Below are positions 12,103-25,722 of a DNA stretch of 64,000 nt, in pieces. This DNA is from Octopus vulgaris (lineage: Eukaryota). The stretch's first letter is position 1. Each line of letters starts with the position of its first letter. The position numbers and the translations under genes are program-made. The DNA is taken from positions 58,404,001-58,468,000 of the forward strand of contig OX597827.1 in NCBI GenBank assembly GCA_951406725.2. The letters are read 5' to 3'. The notes beneath the pieces were generated by a model. The model saw only the letters and a list, made by a program, of their open reading frames with translations. It did not search any database and was not told the DNA's origin.

Positions 12103-12285
12103 TTGCAGGAGTGGCTGTGTGGTAAGTAGCTTGCTAACCAACCACATGGTTCCGGGTTCAGTCCCACTGCGTGGCATCTTGGGCAAGTGTCTTCTGCTAT
12201 AGCCCCAGGCCGACCAAAGCCTTGTGAGTGGACTTGGTAGACGGAAACTGAAAGAAGCCCGTTGTATATATGTATATGTATGTGC

Positions 12286-12328
<43 letters not shown>

Positions 12329-12538
12329 CGTATGTGTGTGTGTGTGTGTTTGTCCCCCCAACATCGCTTGACAACCGATGCTGGTGTGTTTACGTCCCCG
12401 TAACTTAGCGGTTCAGCAAAAGAAACCGATAGAATAAGTACTAGGCTTACAAAGAATAAGTCCTGAGGTCGATTTGCTCGACTAAAGGTGGTGCTCCAGC
12501 ATGGCCGCAGTCAAATGACTGAAACAAGTAAAAGAGTA
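12103..12538 (+). mobile_element. SINE family A, full length, CpG-intact
   Basis: tRNA-like head, core, internal (TG)n and tail GAAACAAGTAAAAGAGT. Confidence 0.92.
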
Positions 12539-12839
12539 ACTGTGATAACAGCAGAAAAGATTCAGAATTTGTGAGAGACAAACAGCAGCTGCAGCACTAC
12601 AACAACAATATCAGCAATAGCGACAATGTCAACGGCTGGCTGTACGAAAAGCAGGTGCATTTATTTGTGGCCTAGGTTATCAGAAGCTGAGCGTGGGCAG
12701 ATAATCACTGCAGCTTCCATAGTGAACGCATCCAATAGGGGATGAAACGAAAACGAAGACGAAGATCAAGGATTAAATCGATTCAAAAGGCATCGCAGAC
12801 AGTTAAGAATAGTAATCTCTGTTGTTTCAAACACGCGCG

Positions 12840-13388
12840 CGCACCCCCAACGCTCATACAGACACACAGCACACACACAAACACTCACACAGACACAGAC
12901 AGACACGTACACACATACACACACACACACACATACACACTCATATAGACACGCAACACACACACACACAAACACTCACACAGACAGACAGACACGTACA
13001 CACATCCACACACACACACACACACACACACACTCATACAGACATACAGCACACACATAAACACTCACACAGACACAGACAGACAGACAGACACGTACAC
13101 ACATCCACACACACACACACAGACACTCATACAGACACACAGCACACAAACACTCACACAGACACACACACACACACCACACACACACATACAGACACAC
13201 AGCACACACACAAACACTAACACAGACAGACAGACACACACGTACACACATACACACACACACACATACAGACACACAGCACACAGCACAAACACTCACA
13301 CAGACACAGATAGACAGATAGACACGTACACACATCCACACACACTTTCCCTCTCCCCTCTTTCTCTCTTACACACACACACGCACAC
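12840..13388. repeat. CA-rich higher-order minisatellite
   Basis: Recurring CTCATACAGACACACAGC / CAGACACGTACACAC units. Confidence 0.85.
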
Positions 13389-13479
13389 ATTTAAAAAAAG
13401 TAAAAATGTTATGTGAGAATGTGGCAAAATTTTACAATACTGGAATTTTTTTTTCCCAAATAACAATCTTGATTAAACG

Positions 13480-13792
13480 GTAAAGGTAAAGACCCTCTTC
13501 GGTCATGAATGACCATGAGAGTGTACATAGAAAATTCCCCTCCGCCAAGGCACAAGTCTAGACAAGGTTATTTATGGAAGACCAGCAGTCGCCCCTGCAT
13601 TCAAGCCTCTCCTCTCCACACCACCGATGTTATCCAAGGGAAAGCCAAAGGCTGGTACAGCTTGGCACCAGTGACATTGCGACTCATTTCTACAGCTGAG
13701 TGAATTGGAGCAACGCGAAATAAAGAGTCTTTCTCAAGAACACAACACACAGCGCGGTCCGGGAATCGAACTCACTACTTCATGATTGTGAG
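13480..13792 (-). mobile_element. tRNA-derived SINE with a distinct (TTTACC)n tail
   Basis: Minus-strand B box GAGTTCGATTCCC and a core CTTGAGAAAGACTCTT...CACTCAGCTG. Confidence 0.7.
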
Positions 13793-13794
13793 GT

Positions 13795-14265
13795 TAATCA
13801 GATATGTGATAATAACAATTCAAAGTAAATAACTCTGAAAAGAGCTTTTGTTCATTCTCACAGAATATTACCCTCAACGGCGCTAGTGTTGGTATATTCG
13901 TGAATAAGTCATTAACCGAAATAAATGGATTTATTGTTTAGAAAAATACTGTTTACTTGTTTAAGGGTTGCACTGGATAAATTGCGAAAATAACTCTAAC
14001 AGTTCAAATACTAAGAAATAAGCATATTCAATTTTACCAAATAATTTAGGCAAAAGAAAGAGTTGTTTCCCTTGGCTATATATAAGAATCCGTTCCAGGG
14101 ACCCTATTATCCATTTCTGTCAACAATCTGAGTATGCCATGAGGTTTCCAGACATGAGTTCTACTCACGTGTCAAGTTTCATCAAAATTGATAAACCGAT
14201 GTAGGAGGAGTTAGCTAACAACTCCACAAACACACCCACGGACAGAATTTCCCACATACGTAGTA
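13795..14265 (-). mobile_element. Helitron-like element, 3'-truncated copy of 6191-7077
   Basis: Reverse-complement similarity to 6191-6740. Confidence 0.7.
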
Positions 14266-14278
14266 TATATATATATAT

Positions 14279-14353
<75 letters not shown>

Positions 14354-14524
14354 CACACACATACGTACATACACACAAACACGGCGTTAGGAAGGGCATT
14401 GAGCCATGAAAACAATGCCAAAGCAGAACTTGGTGCAGTCCTTTGGTTTGTCAGCTCTTGTCAAATCGCCCAACCGATGGTAGTATAGAAGCTGGACGTT
14501 AAACGATGATTATGATGGTGATGA

Positions 14525-14649
<125 letters not shown>

Positions 14650-14691
14650 TGTATGTACGTTTGTACGTATGTCGAGAGACAGACAGACAGG

Positions 14692-14762
<71 letters not shown>

Positions 14763-15060
14763 CAGTTTAACTAAGTTTTGTGGGCACGAAGGCTCGTCAG
14801 ATTCTAAGAGCAGCTTTTTAATCTCACATTATTCACAATTTACAAAAGTAAATCAAGGAAACGACAAAAAATGTAGGACTAAAGAACAAAGAAAAAAAGG
14901 AAGAAATAAATGAATAAATATACAAAATAAAAAGACATGCACACTCCCTCAATTATTTATCGTTCAAGGGGAGACAAGTAATACAACCCAAAATACTATT
15001 ATAACAGGCAAGACTGAAGCGCTGGAGTAGTCAAGTACCCTCATGAACAGACGAACTCAC

Positions 15061-15134
15061 TCTTTGCCCTTCGTGGAAGATAAATGCCTCTGATGGGACG
15101 TCACCGTTAGCGATTCTTCTGCTCCATCATACAT
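15061..15134 (-). CDS. candidate first coding exon (MYDGAEESLTVTSHQRHLSSTKGK), product unknown
   Basis: ATG at 15134, open frame to a GTGAGT donor at 15060-15055, in unique CpG-containing DNA. No downstream exon identified. Confidence 0.3.
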
Positions 15135-15399
15135 AGTTAATATCACTGCAGAAGTGGCGGCTTACTGTATTTGTAGTTAAATGGGATAATATACTGAAAT
15201 ATTGTAATCTGTTAGTAATTTTCATTTTCCAGTCTGTGTTTTTTTTTAAGGCGTCCAAGAGTGTTGAGCTGATGACAAGGAATTTTGTTCTCCGACTCTT
15301 TTAACGTCACGCTTCAATGAAGTATCAATTGATACTCGTAAGGGTTTTAACTAATTTTTTTTAATATACAAATTTTATTAGGTATATAACATGTATGTA

Positions 15400-15835
15400 T
15401 GTATATGATACATACATAGTACAAAAGAAAGACAAAGAAAAAAGCAAAAAAAAAAAATAGAAAGAAGAAACCCTTAATGCAGCACCAAGTGCTTCGATTG
15501 GTTGCACAGCAGAAGGTTCGACTGAACCTACTGAAGTAATGCCAGCATGCTCGCAATACTATTAGCGATGGCGAGACTGGCGTTGGAATAGCCAAGCAGT
15601 CCCACGAACATCACCTGACACCTCAGTGAGGCGAGCTGCCAACGATGACAAGAACTTCGCCGTTAGTGACCCAGTCCCTCCAAATGTCGCAAACGCCACA
15701 GGCTGGATATATAGTTCCCTGCCAGGTCCCGATACTTCAGGGTTTTGTTCTGTTCGGCTACGGAAGCAGTGACCCTTCCATTTACCGCAGCAATTGGGAT
15801 ATGGGAGGGAGCAAAGAGTCATAGAGGGTCCTTGA
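15400..15835 (-). mobile_element. CRE-like non-LTR retrotransposon 3' fragment (restriction-like endonuclease)
   Basis: Frameshifted ASVAEQNKTLKYRDLAGNYI/QPVAFATFGGTG...LAARL..SGDVR..WLFQR/SLAIA. Confidence 0.75.
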
Positions 15836-16654
15836 CTGTTTCAGCGCTACAGTGAATGTTTTAGGTTGTCTCAAACATTTTTAGATCACGATGCCAGTGG
15901 CCCCTGAAGCAATGAGGGAAAGTGCATACTCCTTTATTTTGCTTATATACTGATTTTCTGAGACGGGAGGTTCTTTTCATACCTGCTTTTTACTGTTATC
16001 TTTATTACTGTCTTCCAGTCCTGTTTTACCCATTATTTTTCATTCGCTGTTCATTCATACAACAAAGTTAATTTTGAAACGCAAAGTTTCAAATATGTTT
16101 GGGCTTTTGAATTTAAGAATCTGAGCACTTTAAAGTTTTACATTTTGACAATAATTTTAAAGTTTTTAGTCTACTTTCCTGATAGTAGTATTCCTATCAC
16201 GAGGTAAGCAACTATAGTTGTCTCCCTTACCTTTGAAAATCTATGTAATAATAATGAACTTATGGTATATAGAGCTCAGGTGCATTACAATTCACAAGAA
16301 AAAGTAGTCAAAAACTCTACGAAAAGGACATAGAGTGTGCACAAGAAATGAACAGTGAATAAATCATAAAGAAAAAAAGCAAAATATAATGGTTCTTTCT
16401 AGTTTAGGTACAAGTCCAACGATTTTCCGCATAGAGTCAGGACAAATACTACAAAGCTTCTTTCCAACACTCTAATAACTCTGCCATACCACTGTTTCTA
16501 ATGTCCTTTATATATTATAGTATTTGTTCTGATTCTCTGTGGTTTCGTGTTCGAATTTCATCAAGATCAACTTCGCTTTTCATCCTTTCAATGACAATAA
16601 ATAAACAGTTCAGGATGGCCGATTGTCAGAATTTAAACAGACTATTTGATTGGT

Positions 16655-16950
16655 TGTGGAGGCACATGGCTAAGTGGTTAGAGCAGCGGACTCGCGATCG
16701 AGGGATCGCGGGTTCGAATCTCAAACAGAGCGATGAGTGTGTGTGTGTTTATGAGCGAATTACCTCTGGCAGAAAGTATTGGCGAACCTCCACTGACCCT
16801 TTCGCTATAACTTTCTCTCACTCTTTCCTCCTGCATCTAGCAGCTCACTTGCGACGGACCAGTGTCCCGTCCTGTTGGGGAACCTATATGTCAATGAAAC
16901 CGGGAATACGGCCCTTATGAGCTAGGAATGGCCCGAGAAGGAACAAATGA
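16655..16950 (+). mobile_element. tRNA-Arg-like SINE family B, tail type 1
   Basis: Head GGAGGCACATGGCTAAGTGGTTAGAGCAGCGGACTCGCG...GGTTCGAATC. Confidence 0.8.
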
Positions 16951-17247
16951 CAACAAACAACAACAACATTTGAGGGGTTGCCTTCTGGTAGCTAAACTTG
17001 CTCTATGTATTCTGACTTTCTAGCCTGCTTCCTGTTACAAGAAAAAAAAAAAAAAAAAAGGCACAGGCATGGCTGTGAGGTAAGAAGCTTGTTTCCCAAC
17101 CACATGATTCTGGGTTCAGTCCCACTACATGGCACCTTTAATGGTTTTTAAAAAAACCAACAATTATTTACAGGTAGATTTCGGCATGTAAATATAACCA
17201 TTAATGGTAAGAACTTTTATAAAAGTTCAATATATATATATATATAT

Positions 17248-17661
17248 CAGGCATGTGCCATCAGTAATTACTCAGGGTAGGCAGTTGGTGCCCTCTATGT
17301 AATAAAACACACAAAAAGTAAGCAAAGTGAAATACAGGCATGCGACTGAGTTGAAGGCAGATTTACTTTTGCCTTTATAGTACATAAAGAAAACGTTGTT
17401 GTAGGAGTGTGCACAGCATGTGTACTACACAATTACTATATATAGCTTTAATACTGAGATTGAAAGGCAGGGGCAAATTATGCCTATCTAATCTACAAAA
17501 CAAAAAAATATATTTAGTATTTTATGCTTAGTAATCAGAGTAATCGTCATAATTTTATTTAATTTGGTACACACTCTGCCATAAAAGGAAAATGTTGCTA
17601 TTAATCTATTTTATTCAAAGTAGGCACTGTCTACCTTACCTACCTTGGCGGCACATCCGTG
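17248..17661. mobile_element. hAT-like MITE
   Basis: Ends CAGGCATGTGCC and GGCACATCCGTG, with a near 8-bp TSD ATATATAT/ATATACAT. Confidence 0.55.
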
Positions 17662-17712
17662 ATATACATATATATATATATATGTATACATACATACATA
17701 CATACATACATA

Positions 17713-17891
17713 TCGCTAGCCACTAAACCTTTTTTATTTTCTCTCCCTGTTTATTTCTGTGTTCCTTTCTGTCGAAGAGCATAGGCTCAAAACGTAAAAG
17801 ACTTTCTAACTTCCCGAGTGTAAAACACTAATACATCTGTTTGTTTTTTACACACCTGTCTTCATCTTTTGTTCTTTTTTTTGTAAATTCT

Positions 17892-17895
<4 letters not shown>
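17713..17895 (+). mobile_element. (TA)n-inserted element with CUGUCGA hammerhead variant, copy 1
   Basis: CTTT-CTGTCGA-AGAGCATAGGCTC-AAAAC-GTA-AAAG at 17765-17800. Confidence 0.65.
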
Positions 17896-17934
<39 letters not shown>

Positions 17935-17938
<4 letters not shown>

Positions 17939-18310
17939 AGGGATGACCACTATGTGGACATCCATTATGCTAAATGTAGACCCCATATGGTCTTACCACT
18001 AAGAAAAGATTGTTCTCAAGAAAATTCAGCAAATGCCAGAATGTAAGCAAGACAAATATCTTTTCATTTGTCTTGTTAGCTTATGTTCTGGCGTTTGCTG
18101 AACTTTCTTGAGAACAATCTTTTCTTAGTGGTAAGACCATATGGGGTCTACATCTAGCATAATGGATGTCCACTCAGTGGTCAACCCTCTTATATGTATG
18201 TTATATAATTTTTTTGAATCTTCAGATTTTTTCAATATGCTAGCTAGGCTACTGGTTTTAAATTGATATTAATCAAATTAATATTCAATTTTTCACCCTT
18301 ATTATCTAAA
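17935..18310. mobile_element. (TA)n-inserted element with ~120-bp inverted arms plus extension
   Basis: 17935-18057 is the reverse complement of 18066-18194. Confidence 0.7.
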
Positions 18311-18724
18311 TATATATATATATAATGATTTATATTCATGTATTTTAATAACTACTTGTATTCTTATATTATATGCATTGAATAATATACTATATGTATG
18401 TTATGGTTGTCGTTTTGATAAATAAGTTAACATTTTAATATCCTAAAGTTGATGAACCAACTAATGTGCTTCTCCATTTTCTTATTTGCTATATATATAT
18501 ATAAGGATAATATCGATATTTAAATATCGAGAGCTTATTTGAAGCAAAGCTAGAAATCCAGGATCTTGAATTATCCAGTAATATCTTTTTGCTAGTTTAT
18601 TTTATCTCTCTGTCTTATCTCATGGTGTGATATGAACATTTAAGGTGGTTTCTGGAGTCAGGGTTTTGACTGCTATTTCGGCATGGTGGTGTCTCTCAGA
18701 TACCCTTATTTATAGTTATATATA

Positions 18725-18880
18725 TATATATGTGATTCAGATGTACAAAAGACAATAACAGGTATGGGAACAACAAGCAAGTATATTAGTTTAATGCTCA
18801 AGAAGAATGGAAAAGTCTTTAACATTTTGAGCCTATGCTCTTTGACAGGAAGGGACAAGAATAAAGAATAAAATGGAGAG
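18725..18880 (-). mobile_element. CUGUCGA-HHR family, copy 2 (decayed)
   Basis: Similar to 19568-19750. Confidence 0.6.
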
Positions 18881-19666
18881 AAAGTAAAAGAGAGAGAGGG
18901 AGAGAGAAAAAAAGAGAGAGAGAGAAAGAAAGAGAGAGAGAGAAAATGTGACAAGATTAATGGTTGCACATGATGAAATGACTGGAAAAAACAGGCTAGT
19001 GGAAAGGGAGATAACAGTGACCCAGCTGAACTGGGATGTGCAAGCATGTGTGTGTATGTGAGAATGGTGTGTGAATGTATATGTGTGTGGGGGGGTGGAC
19101 GTGAGCAAGTGTGTATGTATGTGTGGGTGAGTTTAAGCCAGCCTATTTGTGTGTATGGGAGCATGCGTGTGTATGTATATAAGTAAACAAGTATGTATGT
19201 TGTGTGGAGTGATGTGTGTTCTGTGTACTTATCTGTGTGTGTGGGAGTGTGAGAAGCTGTGTATACTATATGTGTGAGAGGCTATCAGGTGTGTATGTGG
19301 GTGTGTGTGTATGTGTGTGTGTGTGCAAATGCATATGTGTAGCAGTTAATGTGTGTGATACATAAATACATATATATATACACGTACGTGTTCAAACATT
19401 AGGATTTCCACATGCTATCAGATGATGCACTCTATGATCAATCCAAGCGGTTAAAATTTCTGATTATTCACTGATCTTTATTATTGATTGCAGATAAGTA
19501 TGTAATGGAAAAGAAATAGACCAACAACAATTTACTTTTTGTTATTCTCCCATGCTATATATATATAAAATGGGAAGGTTTACAAAAATAAACAACAGAT
19601 GAAGGCAGGTGGAGTACAAACAAACAAATGTATTAGTATAGCGCTCAGGAATAGAAATAGAAAAAG

Positions 19667-19704
19667 TCTTTTACGTTTCGAGCCTATGCTCTTCGACAGA
19701 AAGA
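19667..19704 (-). ncRNA. minimal type I hammerhead variant (best-preserved copy; element 19568-19750)
   Basis: TCTTT-CTGTCGA-A-GAGC(ATAG)GCTC-GAAAC-GTA-AAAGA, giving a 5-bp stem I and a 4-bp stem II. Confidence 0.65.
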
Positions 19705-19757
19705 TACACAGAAAAAACCAAGGAGAGAAAAAAAAGGGAGAGAAAAAAAATTATATG

Positions 19758-19794
<37 letters not shown>

Positions 19795-19804
19795 TTTCTG
19801 TTTT

Positions 19805-20208
19805 ATATCTTTTATTTGTTTCAGTCATTTGACTGCAGCCATGCTGGAGCACCGCCTTTAGTCAAGCAAATCGACCCCAAGATTTATTCTTCATAAGCCT
19901 AGTACTTGTTCTATCAGTTTCTTTTGCTGAACCACTAAGTTACGGGGACGTAAACACACCACCATCAGTTGTCAAGTGATGTTGGGGTGGGGGGGAACAA
20001 ACACAGACACACACACACACACACACATATATATGCATATATACGATGGGCTTCTTTCAGTTTCCATCTATCAAATCCACTCACAAGGATTTGGTTGGCC
20101 CGAGGCTATAGTAGAAGACATTTGCCCAAGGTGCCATGCAGTGGGACTGAACCCGGAACCATGTGGTTCGTAAGCAAGCTACTTACCACACAGCCACTCC
20201 TACACCTA
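19805..20208 (-). mobile_element. SINE family A, full length
   Basis: Similar to 1089-1491. Confidence 0.9.
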
Positions 20209-20964
20209 CGTAAAGTAAGAAACAAAATATTTCAGAACGTATAGTAAGGATATTTTTAACAAAAATGCAGACTATTATAGCATGGCACTCAACAAAGCTG
20301 GGTATAACCAGAAGTTAAAGTATTGTGCACAAATTATGGATCACAGCTGCTCTAATAACATTGGAGTTACTCACGGTAGCAATAATTTTAAAGGACTTAG
20401 ATAAAATAGGAATAATGATAGAAATAATGAAAATAAATGTCTAACAGATAACAATGATATGCAAAATATGAAAACCAATTTATAGCTTCATACATCAGAT
20501 AATGTTCATAAAATTCATAACAGCAATAATAGAATAAAAATGACACACACCCATATATATATAATAAGGTTCAAACATTTGTAAATTGTAATGTAACTAT
20601 AAGAGCAACTGATAACAGCAATATTATTTGGTTCATTTTTTCCACTTGCTAAGCAAATTAAGAATAATTTGGTTGGATCTTTATATAAACTATTTTCCAA
20701 ACATTTTACCAAAGATGATGTAAATAACACTAGTTTTCTCTATGTGAATGTTTCTGTTTCTAAAAAATATGTCGCACATTATTTCTTCCCTTAATGAGAG
20801 GAAATTATGAACTTTTATTACCATAATGCAACAATAATGGTACTCTAAGAAATCATGTTAGTAAAGAATATATAAATAAATCTTCTAATATACAAGGGGA
20901 AACAACCCGTGTTGAATTCCATCTTAACCCAAGGAATAGAAATAACACTGTAAACAAGAATTAT

Positions 20965-21260
20965 GTAGAAGCACATGGCCTATTGGTTAGAGCGGCGGAC
21001 TCATGGTCGAGGGATCGCAGGCTCGAATCTTAGACCGGGCGATGTGTGTGTTTATGAGCAAAACACCTAAGCTCCACACGGCTCCAGCAGAAGGTAATGG
21101 CAAACTTCTGCAGACTCTTTCGCCACAATTTTCACTCTTTCCTCTTGCAGCTTGCCTTTGACAGACCGGCGTCCCATCCATGTGGGGAACCTAAAAGCCA
21201 AGGAAATTGGGAAACCGGCCCTAATGAGCCAGGCATGGCTCGAGAAGGAACAAACAAACA
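20965..21260 (+). mobile_element. SINE family B, tail type 1
   Basis: Similar to 16655-16950. Confidence 0.82.
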
Positions 21261-21672
21261 AGAATTATATTGACTGTAATGATATAAATCAAAATAGAAA
21301 TATGAATAGAAACGAAAATATATTTTGTGATTGCAAAGTTAGAAGTAACTTTTTGTTTAATAATTATTGTAAACAATGTTTGAGGGAGAAGGGGCCCCAG
21401 GACCCAACTGGCACTATATTTCATCTACCCTGTTCTCTCAAGAGTTTATGAAATTCTTATGATGTCAACAACACACATACATATATGATTATATATGTAT
21501 GTATATGTTTATGCACAGGTGTGGCTGTGTGGTAAGTGGCTTGCTTCCCAACCATGTGGTTCCAGATTCAGTCCCACTATGTAGTACTTTGGTCAGGTGT
21601 CTTCTACTATGGCCTCAGGCTGACCAAGGACTTGTGAGTGGTTTTGGTGAACGGAAGCTGAAAGAGGCCTGT

Positions 21673-21719
<47 letters not shown>

Positions 21720-21910
21720 CCTCACCTGTGCTTGTGACTCATAAAAAGCACTAATTCCACTCTGCTGAGTGGTTGGTGTCAAGAATGGCATCCAGTTGTA
21801 AAAATCCTGCCAAAACAGTCACAGAAGTCGGGGCAGGCTTCAGCCTAGCTAGCACTTGTGAAACCATCCTGCCCATGCTAGCATGGGAAGTAGATGTTAA
21901 ACAATGATGA

Positions 21911-22255
21911 AAAATCGTAGTATATAGATGTAGAGTGAAATCTTAAGGAAAGAGTTTCCTTTACATTGGTTCAATGGAAAACTATATTTAAAAATGCATC
22001 ACCAACCACAATTACACCTTTAATAATAGAAATAAATCGTTTTATACTAGCCTTAACAAATTCATTTGGGACATGAAAGACAAAATGTTTACTGTGGAGT
22101 GGGGGAAAATAAGCAGGGCTGGTGCTTTTAAAATTGGAAATGCCTAGTATTTTCTCTGTGTGGAAGAATTATTCCAATTCTTAAATTCTTGATGTAAACT
22201 CATTAATACCAAAAAAAGAGGGTGGGACATCCTGTGTTCATGACTGTAAATATGT
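21911..22255 (+). pseudogene. Penelope-like element GIY-YIG endonuclease relic
   Basis: The frame from 21911 reads KIVVYRCRVKS*GKSFLYIGSMEN...NHNYTF...TSLNKFIWDMK...VEW...LCVEE...LIN with in-frame stops. Not present in the ORF track. Confidence 0.8.
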
Positions 22256-22668
22256 TTCCAAAGATTACCATTCAATATAATGTAAAGGTTACTAGGACTA
22301 TAAATCAGGTGGGTGTCTCAGGTTTAATATCCTAACAATTATAACTAAAAAGATTAGATAATTCTTAGTAAATATCATATTAATATTAAAATAAAAAATA
22401 AATGGTAATTATGAATATAAGGCTTTATTTACAAGTAACAGTATTGTATAAAGGTTACTATGACTTTAATTAAAGTATGTACCTCAGGAGTTTGCGATTA
22501 TTATTATTTCTTTAGAAAATAATAGGTAATAGTAAGTTAAAGATACCACCTATTAATTTAATAATAGTTTTCATTTTATATTATTTTGATTTGTTAACGT
22601 TAATGCTTTCCTCAATTAAGACCATTTGTATTGATTCTCACAATATACACATATACATACATACATAC

Positions 22669-22727
<59 letters not shown>

Positions 22728-22981
22728 CAAAATGGGACGAGAATGCAAAAGATCCAGACAGTTAAGTGATACAAGAAAGGGACAATAAAACATCCAGATA
22801 GACGATACAAAGAAAACAAGGACAGGTCCTTCGGAGTTTTCTTTCCTCAGTTGAGTTCCAGATTATCTTAGCAATTTCGGCTGAGATTGCTCCAATCTGG
22901 CCAGCCCTAAGGAAAAACTAAGCTAAATGTATACATACACATAAATGCATACATACACACACATGCAGACACACACATGCA

Positions 22982-23037
<56 letters not shown>

Positions 23038-23533
23038 TCATGACTTTCAAGTGAACAAGATGCCCATGGCTTATATCATTAGCCTGTAGGTGGATAAATG
23101 CTGACTCGGGCCTAAACAGCAATAACCCCAACAACATTGACAGTAGAGACTTGGATATAAATTCGAAACATTTCTACTGAGAGCATAACACTCTAACAAT
23201 TCAGTCATCGCACCACTTTACTCTCCGTCAATCCATCAGACTTAAATATAATCAGAAGGGTAACAGCTGGCAGATATTTAGTAATATTGATTTTCTGAAA
23301 AGCAGTGTATTTGATGGGACTCCAGTATGAATCATAATGGAATACCTAATATCTGATCAATTGATATACATACATACACACACACATACATACATACATA
23401 CATACATACATACATAAATACATACATACATACATACGTACGTACGTACATACATACATACATACATATATATATATGTATATATATGAATAGCTATATA
23501 TATGAATATATATATATATAATATATATATATA

Positions 23534-23581
<48 letters not shown>

Positions 23582-23814
23582 TATGTATGCATGTATTTTT
23601 GCGTTTGTGTGGGGGGGTTGGGGATGCGGGTATATATTGAATTCAGTAACAGATGTAAACAAGTCTTCTGTTTTTGTAAAGTACAGAACGTTAATGTAAT
23701 ATACAATACATTAATGGGTGTGCACAAATTTTTCAATGCTTTATGTACAATATATGTATTTTTGGTGTAATATATGGACTTGTAGAATCGTGTCACTATC
23801 ACAGAAAGCTCACC

Positions 23815-24085
23815 TTAGCGGTTCAGCAAAAGTAACCGATAGAATAAGTCCTGGGATCAATTTGCTTGACTAAAAGCAGTGTTCCAGCATGGTCACAGTC
23901 AAATGACTGAAAGAAGTAAAAGAGTAAGGTGGTGAGCTGTCCCTGTAACTTAGCGGTTCAGCAAAAGAGACCAACAGAATAAGTACTAGGCTTACAAAGA
24001 ATAAGTCCTGGGGTCAATTTGCTTGACTAAAAGCGGTGCTCCAGCATGGTCACAGTCAAATGACTGAAAGAAGTAAAAGAGTAAA
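23815..24085 (+). mobile_element. two tandem SINE A 3' tails
   Basis: 23815-23926 and 23940-24085 share the variant GAAAGAAGTAAAAGAG. Confidence 0.8.
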
Positions 24086-24804
24086 AGGTGTCATGCAGTG
24101 GGGCTGGACCCGGAATCATGTTGTTGGGAAATAAACTTCCAACCACATAGCCATACATACACCTAAACAATTAATTACAAATAACAATGTGGTGAAGAAA
24201 AGACAATATAAGAATTGGTTGGTTGATGTCCCCCATAGAACAGGTCATCTACCAGCTCCCTGCTTCTACTAGTGTTATTAACAATGTTCTAGACCACTGC
24301 TCAGAAACCTTTGTCCACTTGCAGTACATTTATATTCTTTTCAAAATTTGGTAGCACACCTGAAATAAAAATATAACTAAAAGTATAGGGGAAAAAGTTA
24401 TATTCAGATTACACTACAGCGCACTCAGCATCGTCTCATGGCACACCAATGTGCCACAGAATACCGGTTTTGGAGCTCTGTTGTAGACTGCTTTTTATCG
24501 TCAGTGTAGTCATTATCATCTTTATTGCCATAACTGTTGTGGTTATTATTTGTAGGTAGTGTTTAATAGAGCAATACCTGTCAGGTAACACTGTTTCCAC
24601 CTCTACCACCACCACCACCACCACCACTGCCACCACCACCATTACCACCATCAACACTTGTGACATGTCTAACCATCACCGGCTCAGCTCATTATTCTCC
24701 TGTAAAGCAATATGCTTGCTCCTCCTACGTTCTACATATTTTGTCTTCCAATTATCGTTACTGGAAACATCTGGGTAAATATAATAATTAAATACCTTGG
24801 TTAA

Positions 24805-25160
24805 TATTATCATCATCATCATCGTTGTTTAATGTCTGCTTTCCATGCTGGCATGGGTTGGCCAGTTTGACTGAGAACTGGTAGGCCGGGTGGCTACACC
24901 AGGTTCCAATCTGATTTGGCAAGGTTTCTACAGCTCGATGCCCTTCCTAATGCCAACCACTCCAAGAGTATAATGTGTGCTTTTTATGTGCCAAAGCCAT
25001 GGGAGCCAGTCAGGTGGTCATGCTTGAATGGTGTTTTTTACGTGCTAGTCAGGTAGCACTGGCATTGGCCACACTCAAATGGTGCCTTTTACATGCCACG
25101 AGCATGGGTGTCAGTCAGGCGGCACTGGCATCAACCATGCTCGAATGGTGCTTTTTACAT
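24805..25160 (-). mobile_element. RTE LINE 3' UTR fragment with (GAT)n tail
   Basis: Similar to 48365-48700. Confidence 0.7.
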
Positions 25161-25367
25161 AACAGTTATTGTGTGCTTGTGTGTGTGCTTGTGTCTATGT
25201 TTGTGTCTGTTTGTATGTGTATGTGTGTGTATTTGCATATGTGAGTGTGTGTGTGTGTATGTAAATGTGTTTGTGTGTTTATGTGCTTGTGTGTATATGT
25301 GTGGTATATCGTATCAACATGATGAAGGTAAAAGGAGATTAAAACTACAATTATGTGAGTCACTAAA

Positions 25368-25722
<355 letters not shown>

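Noticed and set aside
12540-12820. Coding exon 2 for the 15134 ATG
   Set aside because: Splicing to the CAG near 12818 gives an immediate stop, and the other frames are also interrupted.
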